Source of the DNA: Actinomycetota bacterium
GTDB lineage: Bacteria; Actinomycetota; UBA4738; HRBIN12
Length of the DNA: 36,696 bases
Assembly (NCBI GenBank): GCA_035463715.1
Contig: DATHSY010000091.1
Coordinates: 1 to 36,696 of the forward strand
Direction of reading: 5' to 3'
This document shows, piece by piece, positions 22,360-30,362 of this stretch (position 1 is its first letter; each line of letters opens with the position of its first letter). Both the position numbers and the translations under genes were made by a program. The notes beneath the pieces are model-generated. The model was not told where the DNA came from, searched no databases, and saw only the letters and a program-made list of their open reading frames with translations.

Positions 22360-22543
22360 TGGTCGCAGGTTCGACCGGTCCGCGATCGTCTGGGGGATCG
22401 CCTTCATCCTCGTGGGCGTCGCGTTCCTGCTCGACCGTCTCGACGTGTGGTCGATCGAGCCGGAGCTGTTCGCCCCGCTCGCGTTGATCCTGATCGGGGT
22501 CGCCGTGCTCGCCGGCGCCCGGCGCGAGGGCACGTCGCGCTGA
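22352..22543 (+). CDS. Small (63 aa) predicted two-helix membrane protein
   Basis: GTG 22352 overlaps the preceding stop by 8 nt. Two hydrophobic stretches (IVWGIAFILVGVAFLL; LFAPLALILIGVAVLAG), reminiscent of LiaI/LiaF-type TM modules. No direct homology can be asserted from sequence alone. Confidence 0.45.
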   Translation: MSDGRRFDRSAIVWGIAFILVGVAFLLDRLDVWSIEPELFAPLALILIGVAVLAGARREGTSR

Positions 22544-22590
22544 CCCGCCCGGTTGCTTCACCGGGTCGCCCGGTGTAGATACCCCTGGTC

Positions 22591-23274
22591 ATGGAGATCG
22601 GGATCTTCATCCTGCTCGGGCTGCTCGCGGTGGCGGCCGCGTACTTGTCGTACTACTTCAGGAAGAAGCGCCGCGAGGAGCTCGCGCTCATGGCGCGCCA
22701 GCTCGGGCTGGAGTTCTCGTCCGACGACCCGTTCCACACGCTCGGCTACCCGTTCGCGCTGCTGACCAGGGGGGACGGACGCGGGGTCGAGAACGTGATG
22801 TGGGGCGCGTGGCAGGACATCCCGGTGCGCCAGTTCGACTACTGGTACTACGAGGAGTCGACGGACTCGGAGGGAAGGCGCTCGCGCACGTACCGCCGGT
22901 TCTCCTGCGCCGTGACGGAGATCGACGCTGCGTGCTCGCACCTCACGATCTCCCGGGAGAACCTGTTCACGGCGCTTGCCGACCGGATCGGCCTTCGCGA
23001 CATCGAGTTCGAATCGGACGAGTTCAACGGCCGGTTCAACGTGAAGTCGCAGGACCGGAAGTTCGCCAACGACCTCGTCGACGCGCGGATGATGCGGTAC
23101 CTGCTGGCAGCCGACGCGGCGTTCGAGTTCGAGATCTGCGGTCGGTGGCTGCTCTGCTTCAGCAAGAAGCGTCGCCCGACCGAGCTGATCCCGCTGCTCG
23201 GAACGCTCCACGGGTTCCGGAGCCAGGTGCCGAGTGTGGTCTACGAACTGTACCCGGTGGGTGCTCCCGGCTAG
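22591..23274 (+). CDS. Membrane-anchored protein of unknown function, paralog B of 20488-21231
   Basis: Single N-terminal helix (IGIFILLGLLAVAAAYLSYYF), then the same motif order as paralog A (LGLEFSSDDPFHTLGYPFALLTRGDGRGVENVMWGAW...RRFSCAV...FESDEFNGRFNVKSQDRKFANDLVD). Confidence 0.65.
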   Translation: MEIGIFILLGLLAVAAAYLSYYFRKKRREELALMARQLGLEFSSDDPFHTLGYPFALLTRGDGRGVENVMWGAWQDIPVRQFDYWYYEESTDSEGRRSRTYRRFSCAVTEIDAACSHLTISRENLFTALADRIGLRDIEFESDEFNGRFNVKSQDRKFANDLVDARMMRYLLAADAAFEFEICGRWLLCFSKKRRPTELIPLLGTLHGFRSQVPSVVYELYPVGAPG

Positions 23275-23333
23275 GCTGATGGCTAGGCTGACGCTTGGCC
23301 TTCGCGTCGACCTCAGCGAGGAAAGGACCTGAC

Positions 23334-24047
23334 ATGGAGATCCTCTGGATCGTGCTCGGCGTCGCCGCCGTGATCGGCATCGGCGTCGTGGTCTCGTACA
23401 ACCGGTTCGTCTCGCAGAAGCAGCTGATCAACGACTCGTGGGCGAACATCGACACCGAGCTGCGCCGCAGGTACGACCTGATCCCGAACCTCGTCGAGAC
23501 GGTGAAGGGCTACGCCGCACACGAGCGCGAGGTGCTCGAGAACGTGACCCGCGCGCGGGCCGCGGCCGCCGCTGCCACGGGTTCGCCCGCCGAACAGGCC
23601 GCCGCCGAGGGCCCGTTCGTCGCCGCGCTGCGTCAGCTGTTCGCGGTCGTCGAGAACTATCCGCAGCTGCGCGCGAACGAGAACTTCCTCGCCCTGCAGA
23701 CGGAGCTCGCCAACACCGAGGACCGGTTGCAGACCTCCAGGCGCTTCTACAACGCGAACGTCCGCGACTACAACCGGCGGGTCCAGTCGTTCCCGTCGAA
23801 CCTCGTGGCGAACACGTTCCACTTCGAAGAGGCCGAGTTCTTCGAGATCCCCGACGGGATCCGCGAGGCCGGCCCGCCCCAGGTCAACTTCACGCAGGAG
23901 GGGCCCGGCGTCTCGTTCGGCGCGCCCGGTGCGGCGCCGACCGAGCGGTCGACCGAGCCCGAGATGCCCGAGCCCGCGGCGCCAGCCCCGGCCCCGGCCG
24001 GGAGCACACCGCCCCCGCCGCCGCCGGAACAGCCGTCTCGATCGTAG
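23334..24047 (+). CDS. lemA: LemA family protein with Pro-rich C-terminal tail
   Basis: N-terminal TM, then LemA core YNRFVSQKQLINDSWANIDTELRRRYDLIPNLVETVKGYAAHEREVLENVTRAR...ENYPQLRANENFLALQTELANTEDRLQTSRRFYNANVRDYN...FPSNLVA. GAGGAAAGG RBS precedes ATG 23334. Confidence 0.88.
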   Translation: MEILWIVLGVAAVIGIGVVVSYNRFVSQKQLINDSWANIDTELRRRYDLIPNLVETVKGYAAHEREVLENVTRARAAAAAATGSPAEQAAAEGPFVAALRQLFAVVENYPQLRANENFLALQTELANTEDRLQTSRRFYNANVRDYNRRVQSFPSNLVANTFHFEEAEFFEIPDGIREAGPPQVNFTQEGPGVSFGAPGAAPTERSTEPEMPEPAAPAPAPAGSTPPPPPPEQPSRS

Positions 24048-24066
24048 GCAGGGTCGGGGGCGGCCG

Positions 24067-25392
24067 TCAGCGGGTCGGCTGCGCCTGGCCCGCGGCGACG
24101 TGGCGATCCGGTCTGAGCGCGTCGCGCCTGGCGGCCCGCCGGACGTCGGTGGTCAGCAGCGACCACACGCCCGCCCACACGAGCGAGACCCCGCCGAGGG
24201 CCAGCGCCGTGAGCGGGGCGCCCCACGTCTCGGCGGTCCAGCCCGTCACGAGGCTCGAGATCGTCAACGTCAACGTGATCAGCGCGTAGTCGAACGCGAA
24301 GACACGGCCGAGGATCCGGTCGGGGACGATCCGCTGGAGCCCGTACGTCGACAGCATCCACTGCGCTCCACCGCCGAGATGCGCGATCATCACCAGGACC
24401 GCCGCCACCGCGAGCCCGGGCGCCAGCGACAGGAGCGCATACCCCAGCCCGAAGACCGCGAGCGCGCCACCGATCGTGCCGAACAGGCGACGGTCATCCG
24501 GTCCGGCGATCCGTCGGGCGAAGAACGGACCGATCAGCGCACCGACCCCCCGGAACGCCATCAAGATCCCGATCCCGACCTCGCCTGCGTGGAACTCCTT
24601 CTCCGCGAACACCGAGATCAGGACGAGGACACCGGCTCCGATCCCGAACCCGGCCTTCACCCCGAGCAAGGCGAGGACGCGGTGGTCCCGGCGTGCGTAC
24701 CGGGCCGTCTCGACGGTCGCCGCAACGATGCCGGGGTGCTCGGTGTCGGTGTCCCGCACCCTCGAGAAGGGGCGCCTGATCCCGGCGATCAGGGCCGCGG
24801 ACACGGCGAACGTCACCCCGTCGATCAGGAAGGCGGTGTCCCGTCCCAGCGACGCGGCGACGACCCCTCCGATCGCGGCACCGATCGCCAGCATCGTCCC
24901 CCAGGCCGACCCGATCAGCGCGTTTGCCGGCCCGAGGTCCTCGTCGTCGACGAGGTTCGGCAGCGCGGCCGACGAGGCGGGGTCGAACGCGGCGGAGAAG
25001 GACGAGATCAAGGCCAGCAGGACGAATGCGAGCCAGATCGTGCCCTCGTCGCCGGTAAACAGGAACCCCAGGCACAGGACCGCCCGGGCGACGTCGGCGA
25101 TGATCATGAGCCGCCGCCGGTCCAGCCGGTCGGCGAGCACGCCGCCGACGAAGGACATCAGGAAGAACGGGACCTCCTGTGCGGCGATCAGTAGCCCGAC
25201 CCAGACGGCCGATCCGGTGACCTCGAGGACGAGTCCCATCAGCGCCACCAGCAGGAACCAGTCCCCGCCGAGCGAGATCAGGGACGCGAGGTACAGGCGC
25301 CGGAAGTCGCGGTTGCGCCTCAGGAGCGAGACGCTCGCGCGGACGCCCTCAGGCCTCCTCCGCGTGGTCTCCTCGGGCTCGCGTGATGACAC
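24067..25392 (-). CDS. MFS transporter (EntS/MFS_3-like)
   Basis: About 12 hydrophobic segments, N-terminal RNRDFRRLYLASLISLGGDWF motif and DRLDRRRLM loop typical of this MFS subgroup. 441 aa. Confidence 0.85.
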   Translation of the reverse strand: MSSREPEETTRRRPEGVRASVSLLRRNRDFRRLYLASLISLGGDWFLLVALMGLVLEVTGSAVWVGLLIAAQEVPFFLMSFVGGVLADRLDRRRLMIIADVARAVLCLGFLFTGDEGTIWLAFVLLALISSFSAAFDPASSAALPNLVDDEDLGPANALIGSAWGTMLAIGAAIGGVVAASLGRDTAFLIDGVTFAVSAALIAGIRRPFSRVRDTDTEHPGIVAATVETARYARRDHRVLALLGVKAGFGIGAGVLVLISVFAEKEFHAGEVGIGILMAFRGVGALIGPFFARRIAGPDDRRLFGTIGGALAVFGLGYALLSLAPGLAVAAVLVMIAHLGGGAQWMLSTYGLQRIVPDRILGRVFAFDYALITLTLTISSLVTGWTAETWGAPLTALALGGVSLVWAGVWSLLTTDVRRAARRDALRPDRHVAAGQAQPTR

Positions 25393-25442
25393 GGTGATTT
25401 GCCAGACTAGCGGGGACAGCCCGCGACGACGGAGGTGAGGAC

Positions 25443-26087
25443 GTGCTCGAAGGCTTCACATGGTTCCGGCAGTCGGCGATGCGGTACGCGGGCGACGGGT
25501 TGACGCTCTACATCGATCCGTGGGGGACGCGTCCGGAAGATCCGCCCGCCGATGTGATCCTGATCACGCACGCGCACTTCGATCACTATCAACCGCGTGA
25601 GATCGAGCGGCTCCGGAAGGACGGCACCCGGCTCGTCGCCCCGAAGGACGTCGCCTCGGAGCTGAGCGGCGACGTGACGGCCGTCGCGCCCGGGGATGCG
25701 GTCGAGGTCGGGGGCGTCAGGATCCAGACCGTCCCGGCGTACAACGTCGTCGAGGAGCGCCTCGACATGCACCCGCAGACGAACGGCTGGGTGGGATACG
25801 TCCTCGAACTGGACGGGCGTACCTACTATCACGCGGGGGACACCGACGCCCTGCCGGAGCTCGAGGGGCTCCGGACCGACGTCGCGATGGTCCCGATCGG
25901 AGGCACGTACACGATGGACTGGCGCGAGGCGGCCGGCTTGGTCAAGGCGATGCGGCCCCAGGTCGCGGTGCCGATCCACTTCGGCTTCGTCGTGTGCTCT
26001 CCCACCCATGCGGACTACTTCCGCGACGAGGTGGCTCCGCTGCCGGTCGAGGTCCTCCGCCCGACGAACCCGTTCGAGCAGCCGTAG
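25443..26087 (+). CDS. MBL-fold metallo-hydrolase
   Basis: ITHAHFDH metal-binding motif, later HAGDT and IHFG. GGAGGTGAGG precedes GTG 25443. Confidence 0.8.
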   Translation: MLEGFTWFRQSAMRYAGDGLTLYIDPWGTRPEDPPADVILITHAHFDHYQPREIERLRKDGTRLVAPKDVASELSGDVTAVAPGDAVEVGGVRIQTVPAYNVVEERLDMHPQTNGWVGYVLELDGRTYYHAGDTDALPELEGLRTDVAMVPIGGTYTMDWREAAGLVKAMRPQVAVPIHFGFVVCSPTHADYFRDEVAPLPVEVLRPTNPFEQP

Positions 26088-26113
26088 CGCAAGACGGATA
26101 CGGAAGGAGCGAG

Positions 26114-27022
26114 ATGGAGCTCGGATACGACAAGCCGCTGTACATCTTGGCGTTCGACCACCGGGGGTCGTTCCAGAAGAAGTTCTTCGGCGTGACCGGA
26201 GAGCCGAGCGAGGAGGAGACGGCCCGGATCTCGGACGCGAAGACGGTGATCTTCGAAGGCCTGCTGCGTTCGCTCGACGAGGGCGTCGCCCGCGTGTCGG
26301 CCGGGGCGCTGGTCGACGAGCAGTTCGGCGCGGACATCGCGCGGAAGGCGAAGGCGGACGGCCTATCGCTGGCGATGCCGGTCGAGAAGAGCGGTCAAGA
26401 CGAGTTCGACTTCCAGTACGGAGAGGACTTCGGCGCGCACATCGAGGAGTTCGACCCGACCTTCTCCAAGGTCCTCGTGCGGTACAACCCCGAGGGCGAC
26501 GCGGAGACGAACCGACGTCAGACCGAACGGCTCAGGCGGCTCGGCGACTGGTTGCACGGGCACGACCGCACCTTCCTGTTCGAGCTGCTCGTCCCGCCGG
26601 AGCCGCACCAGCTCGAGGCGATGGGCGGCGACGAGGACGCGTGGGACAAGCAGGCGCGGCCACCGCTGATGAAGCGCACGATCGCGGAGCTCCAAGGTGC
26701 GGGCGTGGAGCCCGACATCTGGAAGATCGAGGGCATCGACAAACGCGAGGACTGCGAGATGATCGCGGCGCAGTGCCGGATGGGCTCGCATCGCGCGAGC
26801 GTCGCGTGCGTCGTGCTCGGCCGCGGTGCGAACGACGCGGCGGTCGACCACTGGTTGCGGATGGGTCGCGGCGTGCCGGGCTACATCGGGTTCGCGATCG
26901 GCCGCTCGATCTGGTGGGATCCGCTCAAGGCCTACGTCGACGGCAACACGGGGCGGGACGAGGCGGCGAAGCAGATCGCGGCCAACTACCGTCGGTTCGT
27001 CGAGGTCTACGAGAACGGATGA
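26114..27022 (+). CDS. DUF2090-like / IolC-C-terminal-type aldolase-fold protein (function uncertain)
   Basis: N-terminus MELGYDKPLYILAFDHRGSFQKKFFG and overall ~300-aa TIM-like pattern, recalled from DUF2090 proteins annotated as 2-deoxy-5-keto-gluconate-6-P aldolase domain. GGAAGGAG RBS. Family assignment is from memory, not from a search. Confidence 0.55.
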   Translation: MELGYDKPLYILAFDHRGSFQKKFFGVTGEPSEEETARISDAKTVIFEGLLRSLDEGVARVSAGALVDEQFGADIARKAKADGLSLAMPVEKSGQDEFDFQYGEDFGAHIEEFDPTFSKVLVRYNPEGDAETNRRQTERLRRLGDWLHGHDRTFLFELLVPPEPHQLEAMGGDEDAWDKQARPPLMKRTIAELQGAGVEPDIWKIEGIDKREDCEMIAAQCRMGSHRASVACVVLGRGANDAAVDHWLRMGRGVPGYIGFAIGRSIWWDPLKAYVDGNTGRDEAAKQIAANYRRFVEVYENG

Positions 27023-27054
27023 GGGCCGGCGAGCGCCGGCGGTAAGGGGGTCCG

Positions 27055-27258
27055 ATGGCCGTCATCAAGACGATCGAGCTGGTCGGGGTGTCCGATCGCT
27101 CGTGGCGGGACGCCGCACAGCAGGCGCTGAGCGAGGCGGCGAAGACGATCCGACAGATCGAGGGGATGGACGTCATATCCACCTCGGCCGTGATCCAGGA
27201 CAACGAGATCAAGGAGTACCACACGCACGTCATGATCCGGTTCCGGCTCGAACGCTGA
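27055..27258 (+). CDS. Dodecin-family flavin-binding protein
   Basis: 67 aa. KTIELVGVSDRSWRDAAQQALSEAAKTIRQI...EYHTHVMIRF matches the dodecin (DUF1458) pattern. AAGGGGG RBS. Confidence 0.8.
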   Translation: MAVIKTIELVGVSDRSWRDAAQQALSEAAKTIRQIEGMDVISTSAVIQDNEIKEYHTHVMIRFRLER

Positions 27259-27286
27259 CCGGCTCGCGGGCCGCTTCCATGCCGGT

Positions 27287-27307
27287 CCGGGCGGGCCTCC
27301 CGCCCGG
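27287..27307. terminator. GC-rich hairpin between the dodecin gene and purA (candidate terminator without U-tract)
   Basis: CCGGGCGGG-CCT-CCCGCCCGG, 9-bp perfect stem, 29 nt after the dodecin stop. No T-run follows. Confidence 0.3.
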
Positions 27308-27324
27308 GCTACACTCCTGCGGTC

Positions 27325-28599
27325 ATGCCTGCCTCGATCTTGCTCGGGACGCAATGGGGTGACGAGGGCAAGGGCAAGGCGACGGACCTGCTCGCGGACG
27401 ACGTCGACTTCGTCGTGCGCTACCAGGGCGGCAACAACGCCGGCCACACCGTCATCGCCGAGAGCCGGACGCTCAAGCTCCACCTGATCCCGTCCGGGAT
27501 CTTGTATCCGCGCCTGGTGTCCGTGATCGCAGATGGGGTCGTCGTGGATCCGCGCGTGCTGCTGGAGGAGATGGACACGCTGGCCGGTCTCGGCGTCGAC
27601 GTGTCGCGCCTGGCCGTCTCGGGCAACGCGCATCTGATCATGCCGTACCACCTCGAGCTGGAGAAGGTCACCGAGCGGTTCCTCGGTAAGAACGCGCTAG
27701 GGACGACCAAGCGAGGGATCGGGCCCGCGTACGGCGACAAGGCTGCGCGGATCGGCCTGCGCGTGCAGGACCTGTTCGACGAGAAGATCTTCCGCCAGAA
27801 GCTCGACGTGGTCCTCAAGGAGAAGAACCTCGTCCTCACGAAGGTCTACGGGCGGCTCCCGCTGGACGGCGAGCGGATCAGCGCGGACTACATGGCGTAC
27901 GCCGAGCGACTGCGTCCGCACGTCACGGACACGTCGAAGCTGCTCGACGACGGCCTCCGCGCGGGCAGGTCGGTGCTGCTCGAAGGCGCGCAGGGAACGC
28001 TGCTCGACCTCGACCACGGGACGTATCCGTTCGTGACGTCGTCGAACCCGGTGGCCGGGTACGCGCTCGCGTCGGCCGGCATCGGCCCCTCGTGGGTCGA
28101 TCGCGTGATCGGCGTGACGAAGGCTTACGTCACGCGTGTGGGCGCCGGCCCGTTCCCCACCGAGGACACGGGCGACGACGGCGAGCGGCTCGGCCGGATC
28201 GGACAGGAGTTCGGCGTCACGACCGGACGCAAGCGCCGCTGCGGCTGGTTCGACGCGGTGGTGCTCCGGTACGCCGCCCGCGTCAACGGGCTGACCGAGT
28301 TGTTCCTCACGAAGCTGGATGTCCTCTCGGGCTTCGCAGCGGTCAAGGTGTGCACGGCGTACGAGGCCGAAGGGGAGCGGTTCGACGACTTCCCGCCGCA
28401 CCAGTCGCTCTTCCACCGCGCCCGGCCGATGTACGAGGAGCTCGAGGGTTGGGACGACGACCTCGGCGGCTGCCGATCGTTCGCGGACCTGCCGGTCGCG
28501 GCGCGCCGGTACGTGGACCGGATCGCGGAGCTCGGCGACGTCCCGGTCTCGGTCGTGTCCGTCGGTCCCGCCCGGGAACAGAGCCTGGCGAACGCATGA
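27325..28599 (+). CDS. purA: Adenylosuccinate synthase
   Basis: GTQWGDEGKGK, YQGGNNAGHT, TTKRGIGPAY, GVTTGRKRRCGW. Confidence 0.97.
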   Translation: MPASILLGTQWGDEGKGKATDLLADDVDFVVRYQGGNNAGHTVIAESRTLKLHLIPSGILYPRLVSVIADGVVVDPRVLLEEMDTLAGLGVDVSRLAVSGNAHLIMPYHLELEKVTERFLGKNALGTTKRGIGPAYGDKAARIGLRVQDLFDEKIFRQKLDVVLKEKNLVLTKVYGRLPLDGERISADYMAYAERLRPHVTDTSKLLDDGLRAGRSVLLEGAQGTLLDLDHGTYPFVTSSNPVAGYALASAGIGPSWVDRVIGVTKAYVTRVGAGPFPTEDTGDDGERLGRIGQEFGVTTGRKRRCGWFDAVVLRYAARVNGLTELFLTKLDVLSGFAAVKVCTAYEAEGERFDDFPPHQSLFHRARPMYEELEGWDDDLGGCRSFADLPVAARRYVDRIAELGDVPVSVVSVGPAREQSLANA

Positions 28600-29870
28600 A
28601 GATCCTGGTCGTCGGTGCCGGGGGGCGCGAGCATGCCCTCACGTGGGGTCTCGCGAAGAACACGACCGTCGACCGGCTGTTCGTCGCGCCGGGCAACGCG
28701 GGGATCGGCGGAGAAGCGACCCGCGTCGCCCTCGCGCCCGACGACGTGGACGGGCTCGCGGCTTTCGTCGAGCGCGAGCGGATCGACCTCACGGTCGTCG
28801 GTCCCGAGATGCCGCTCGTCGCGGGCCTCGCGGATCGGCTCGAGGCGGCCGGGCACGCCGTCTTCGGGCCGACGGCCGACGGCGCGCGTCTCGAGGCCTC
28901 GAAGGCGTGGACGAAGGAGCTGTGCCTCAGGTACGAGATCCCGACGGCGCGGGCGGTCTCGGTCCGCGACGTCGACGGCGGGCACGAGGCGCTGGGCGCC
29001 TTCGATGCGCCGTTCGTCGTGAAGGCGGACGGGCTCGCCGCCGGGAAGGGCGTCGTGGTCGCGCAGACGCGGAACGAGGCCGAGGCCGCGCTCCGCGCTG
29101 CGTTCGTCGAGCGGGCGTTCGGCAGCGCCGGGGACGTCGTGGTGATCGAGGAGTACCTCGAGGGGCCGGAGGTGTCAGCGTTCGCGCTGACCGACGGTCG
29201 CGACGTCCTGCCGCTCGTCATGGCGCAGGACTTCAAGCGCGCCGAGGACGGCGACCGCGGAGCGAACACCGATGGCATGGGCGCGTACTGCCCCGTCGGC
29301 TTCGTCGACGCTGCGACCGAGGCCGCGATCGAGGCGATCTTCGAGGGGACGGTCCGCGCGCTGCGTTCGGAGGGTGTCCGGTACCGCGGCGTCCTGTACG
29401 CGGGCTTGATCCTCACCGGCGACGGTCCGAAGCTCTTGGAGTACAACTGCCGCTTCGGCGATCCGGAGACGCAAGCGATCGTCCCGCGTCTGGCCTCGGA
29501 CCTCTGCCAGCTCCTCGTCGCATGCACGGATGGGACCCTCGGCGCCTACCGCGCGCACTGGCGACCCGAGGCGTGCGTGACGGTGGTGGTGGCGTCGGGT
29601 GGGTACCCCGGCCCCTTCGAGACCGGGTTCGAGATCCACGGCCTCGAGGCCGCCGCCGAGGTCGACGGGGCGATCGTGTTCCACGCCGGCACGCAGGAGC
29701 GAGACGGTAGAGTGGTCACGGCTGGGGGGCGGGTGCTCGCCGTCACCGCGCTCGGGACCGGCGTGGGGCAGGCTCGTGACCGCGCCTACCAGGCCTGTTC
29801 GCTGATCCGGTTCGACGGGATGCGGTACCGGCGGGACGTCGCCCGCAGGGCCGCCGAGGAGGCGACGTGA
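28596..29870 (+). CDS. purD: Phosphoribosylamine--glycine ligase
   Basis: MKILVVGAGGREHAL, ATP-grasp core, EYNCRFGDPE. ATGA overlap with the purA stop. The track ORF start at 28092 is upstream read-through. Confidence 0.95.
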   Translation: MKILVVGAGGREHALTWGLAKNTTVDRLFVAPGNAGIGGEATRVALAPDDVDGLAAFVERERIDLTVVGPEMPLVAGLADRLEAAGHAVFGPTADGARLEASKAWTKELCLRYEIPTARAVSVRDVDGGHEALGAFDAPFVVKADGLAAGKGVVVAQTRNEAEAALRAAFVERAFGSAGDVVVIEEYLEGPEVSAFALTDGRDVLPLVMAQDFKRAEDGDRGANTDGMGAYCPVGFVDAATEAAIEAIFEGTVRALRSEGVRYRGVLYAGLILTGDGPKLLEYNCRFGDPETQAIVPRLASDLCQLLVACTDGTLGAYRAHWRPEACVTVVVASGGYPGPFETGFEIHGLEAAAEVDGAIVFHAGTQERDGRVVTAGGRVLAVTALGTGVGQARDRAYQACSLIRFDGMRYRRDVARRAAEEAT

Positions 29871-30340
29871 ACCACGAGGCACCCGCCGTGGGCGTCCTCG
29901 CCGCATCCCCGGCCGAGCTGGCGCTCATGCAGCAGGCGACCGCGATCTTGGAGAAGCTCGGCGTCTCCCACGAGATCCGCGTGATGTCGGCGCATCGCAA
30001 CCCCGATCTCGTCGACGAATACGCGCGGACCGCGTTCGAGCGCGGGATCAAGGCGCTGATCTGCAGCACGGGGATCTCGGGCCACCTCGCGGCCGCCGTG
30101 GCGTCCCGGACCGTGATCCCCGTGGTCGGCGTCCCGATCGCCTCGGACCAGATGCCAGGCGACCAGGCGCTCGTCGTGACCGCGCAGATGCCGAGCGGCG
30201 TCCCCGTCGCGACCGTCGGCGTCGACGCGGCCGTGAACGCCGCGGTGCTGGCGGCGGAGATCGTCGGCGTGGCCGACCCCGACGTGCAGAAGCGTCTGTG
30301 GCGGTTCAAGGACGACCTGGGGGAGGGCCTCAGGCTGTGA
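29867..30340 (+). CDS. purE: PurE-family protein (N5-CAIR mutase-like) with degenerate signature motifs
   Basis: MSAHRNP (class I SAHR loop), QMPSGVPVATVG and overall PurE length and position. GSxSD is replaced by AASPAE and AGGAAHLPG by STGISGHLAA. GTGA overlap with purD. Confidence 0.7.
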   Translation: MNHEAPAVGVLAASPAELALMQQATAILEKLGVSHEIRVMSAHRNPDLVDEYARTAFERGIKALICSTGISGHLAAAVASRTVIPVVGVPIASDQMPGDQALVVTAQMPSGVPVATVGVDAAVNAAVLAAEIVGVADPDVQKRLWRFKDDLGEGLRL

Positions 30341-30362
30341 CGGCCGGGCGGCAGGGGATCGC

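Noticed and set aside
23269-23292. 12-nt tandem duplication GGCTAGGCTGAT/GGCTAGGCTGAC spanning the stop codon of paralog B
   Set aside because: Only two copies, and short. Most simply a slippage duplication in an intergenic spacer, with no evidence of function.
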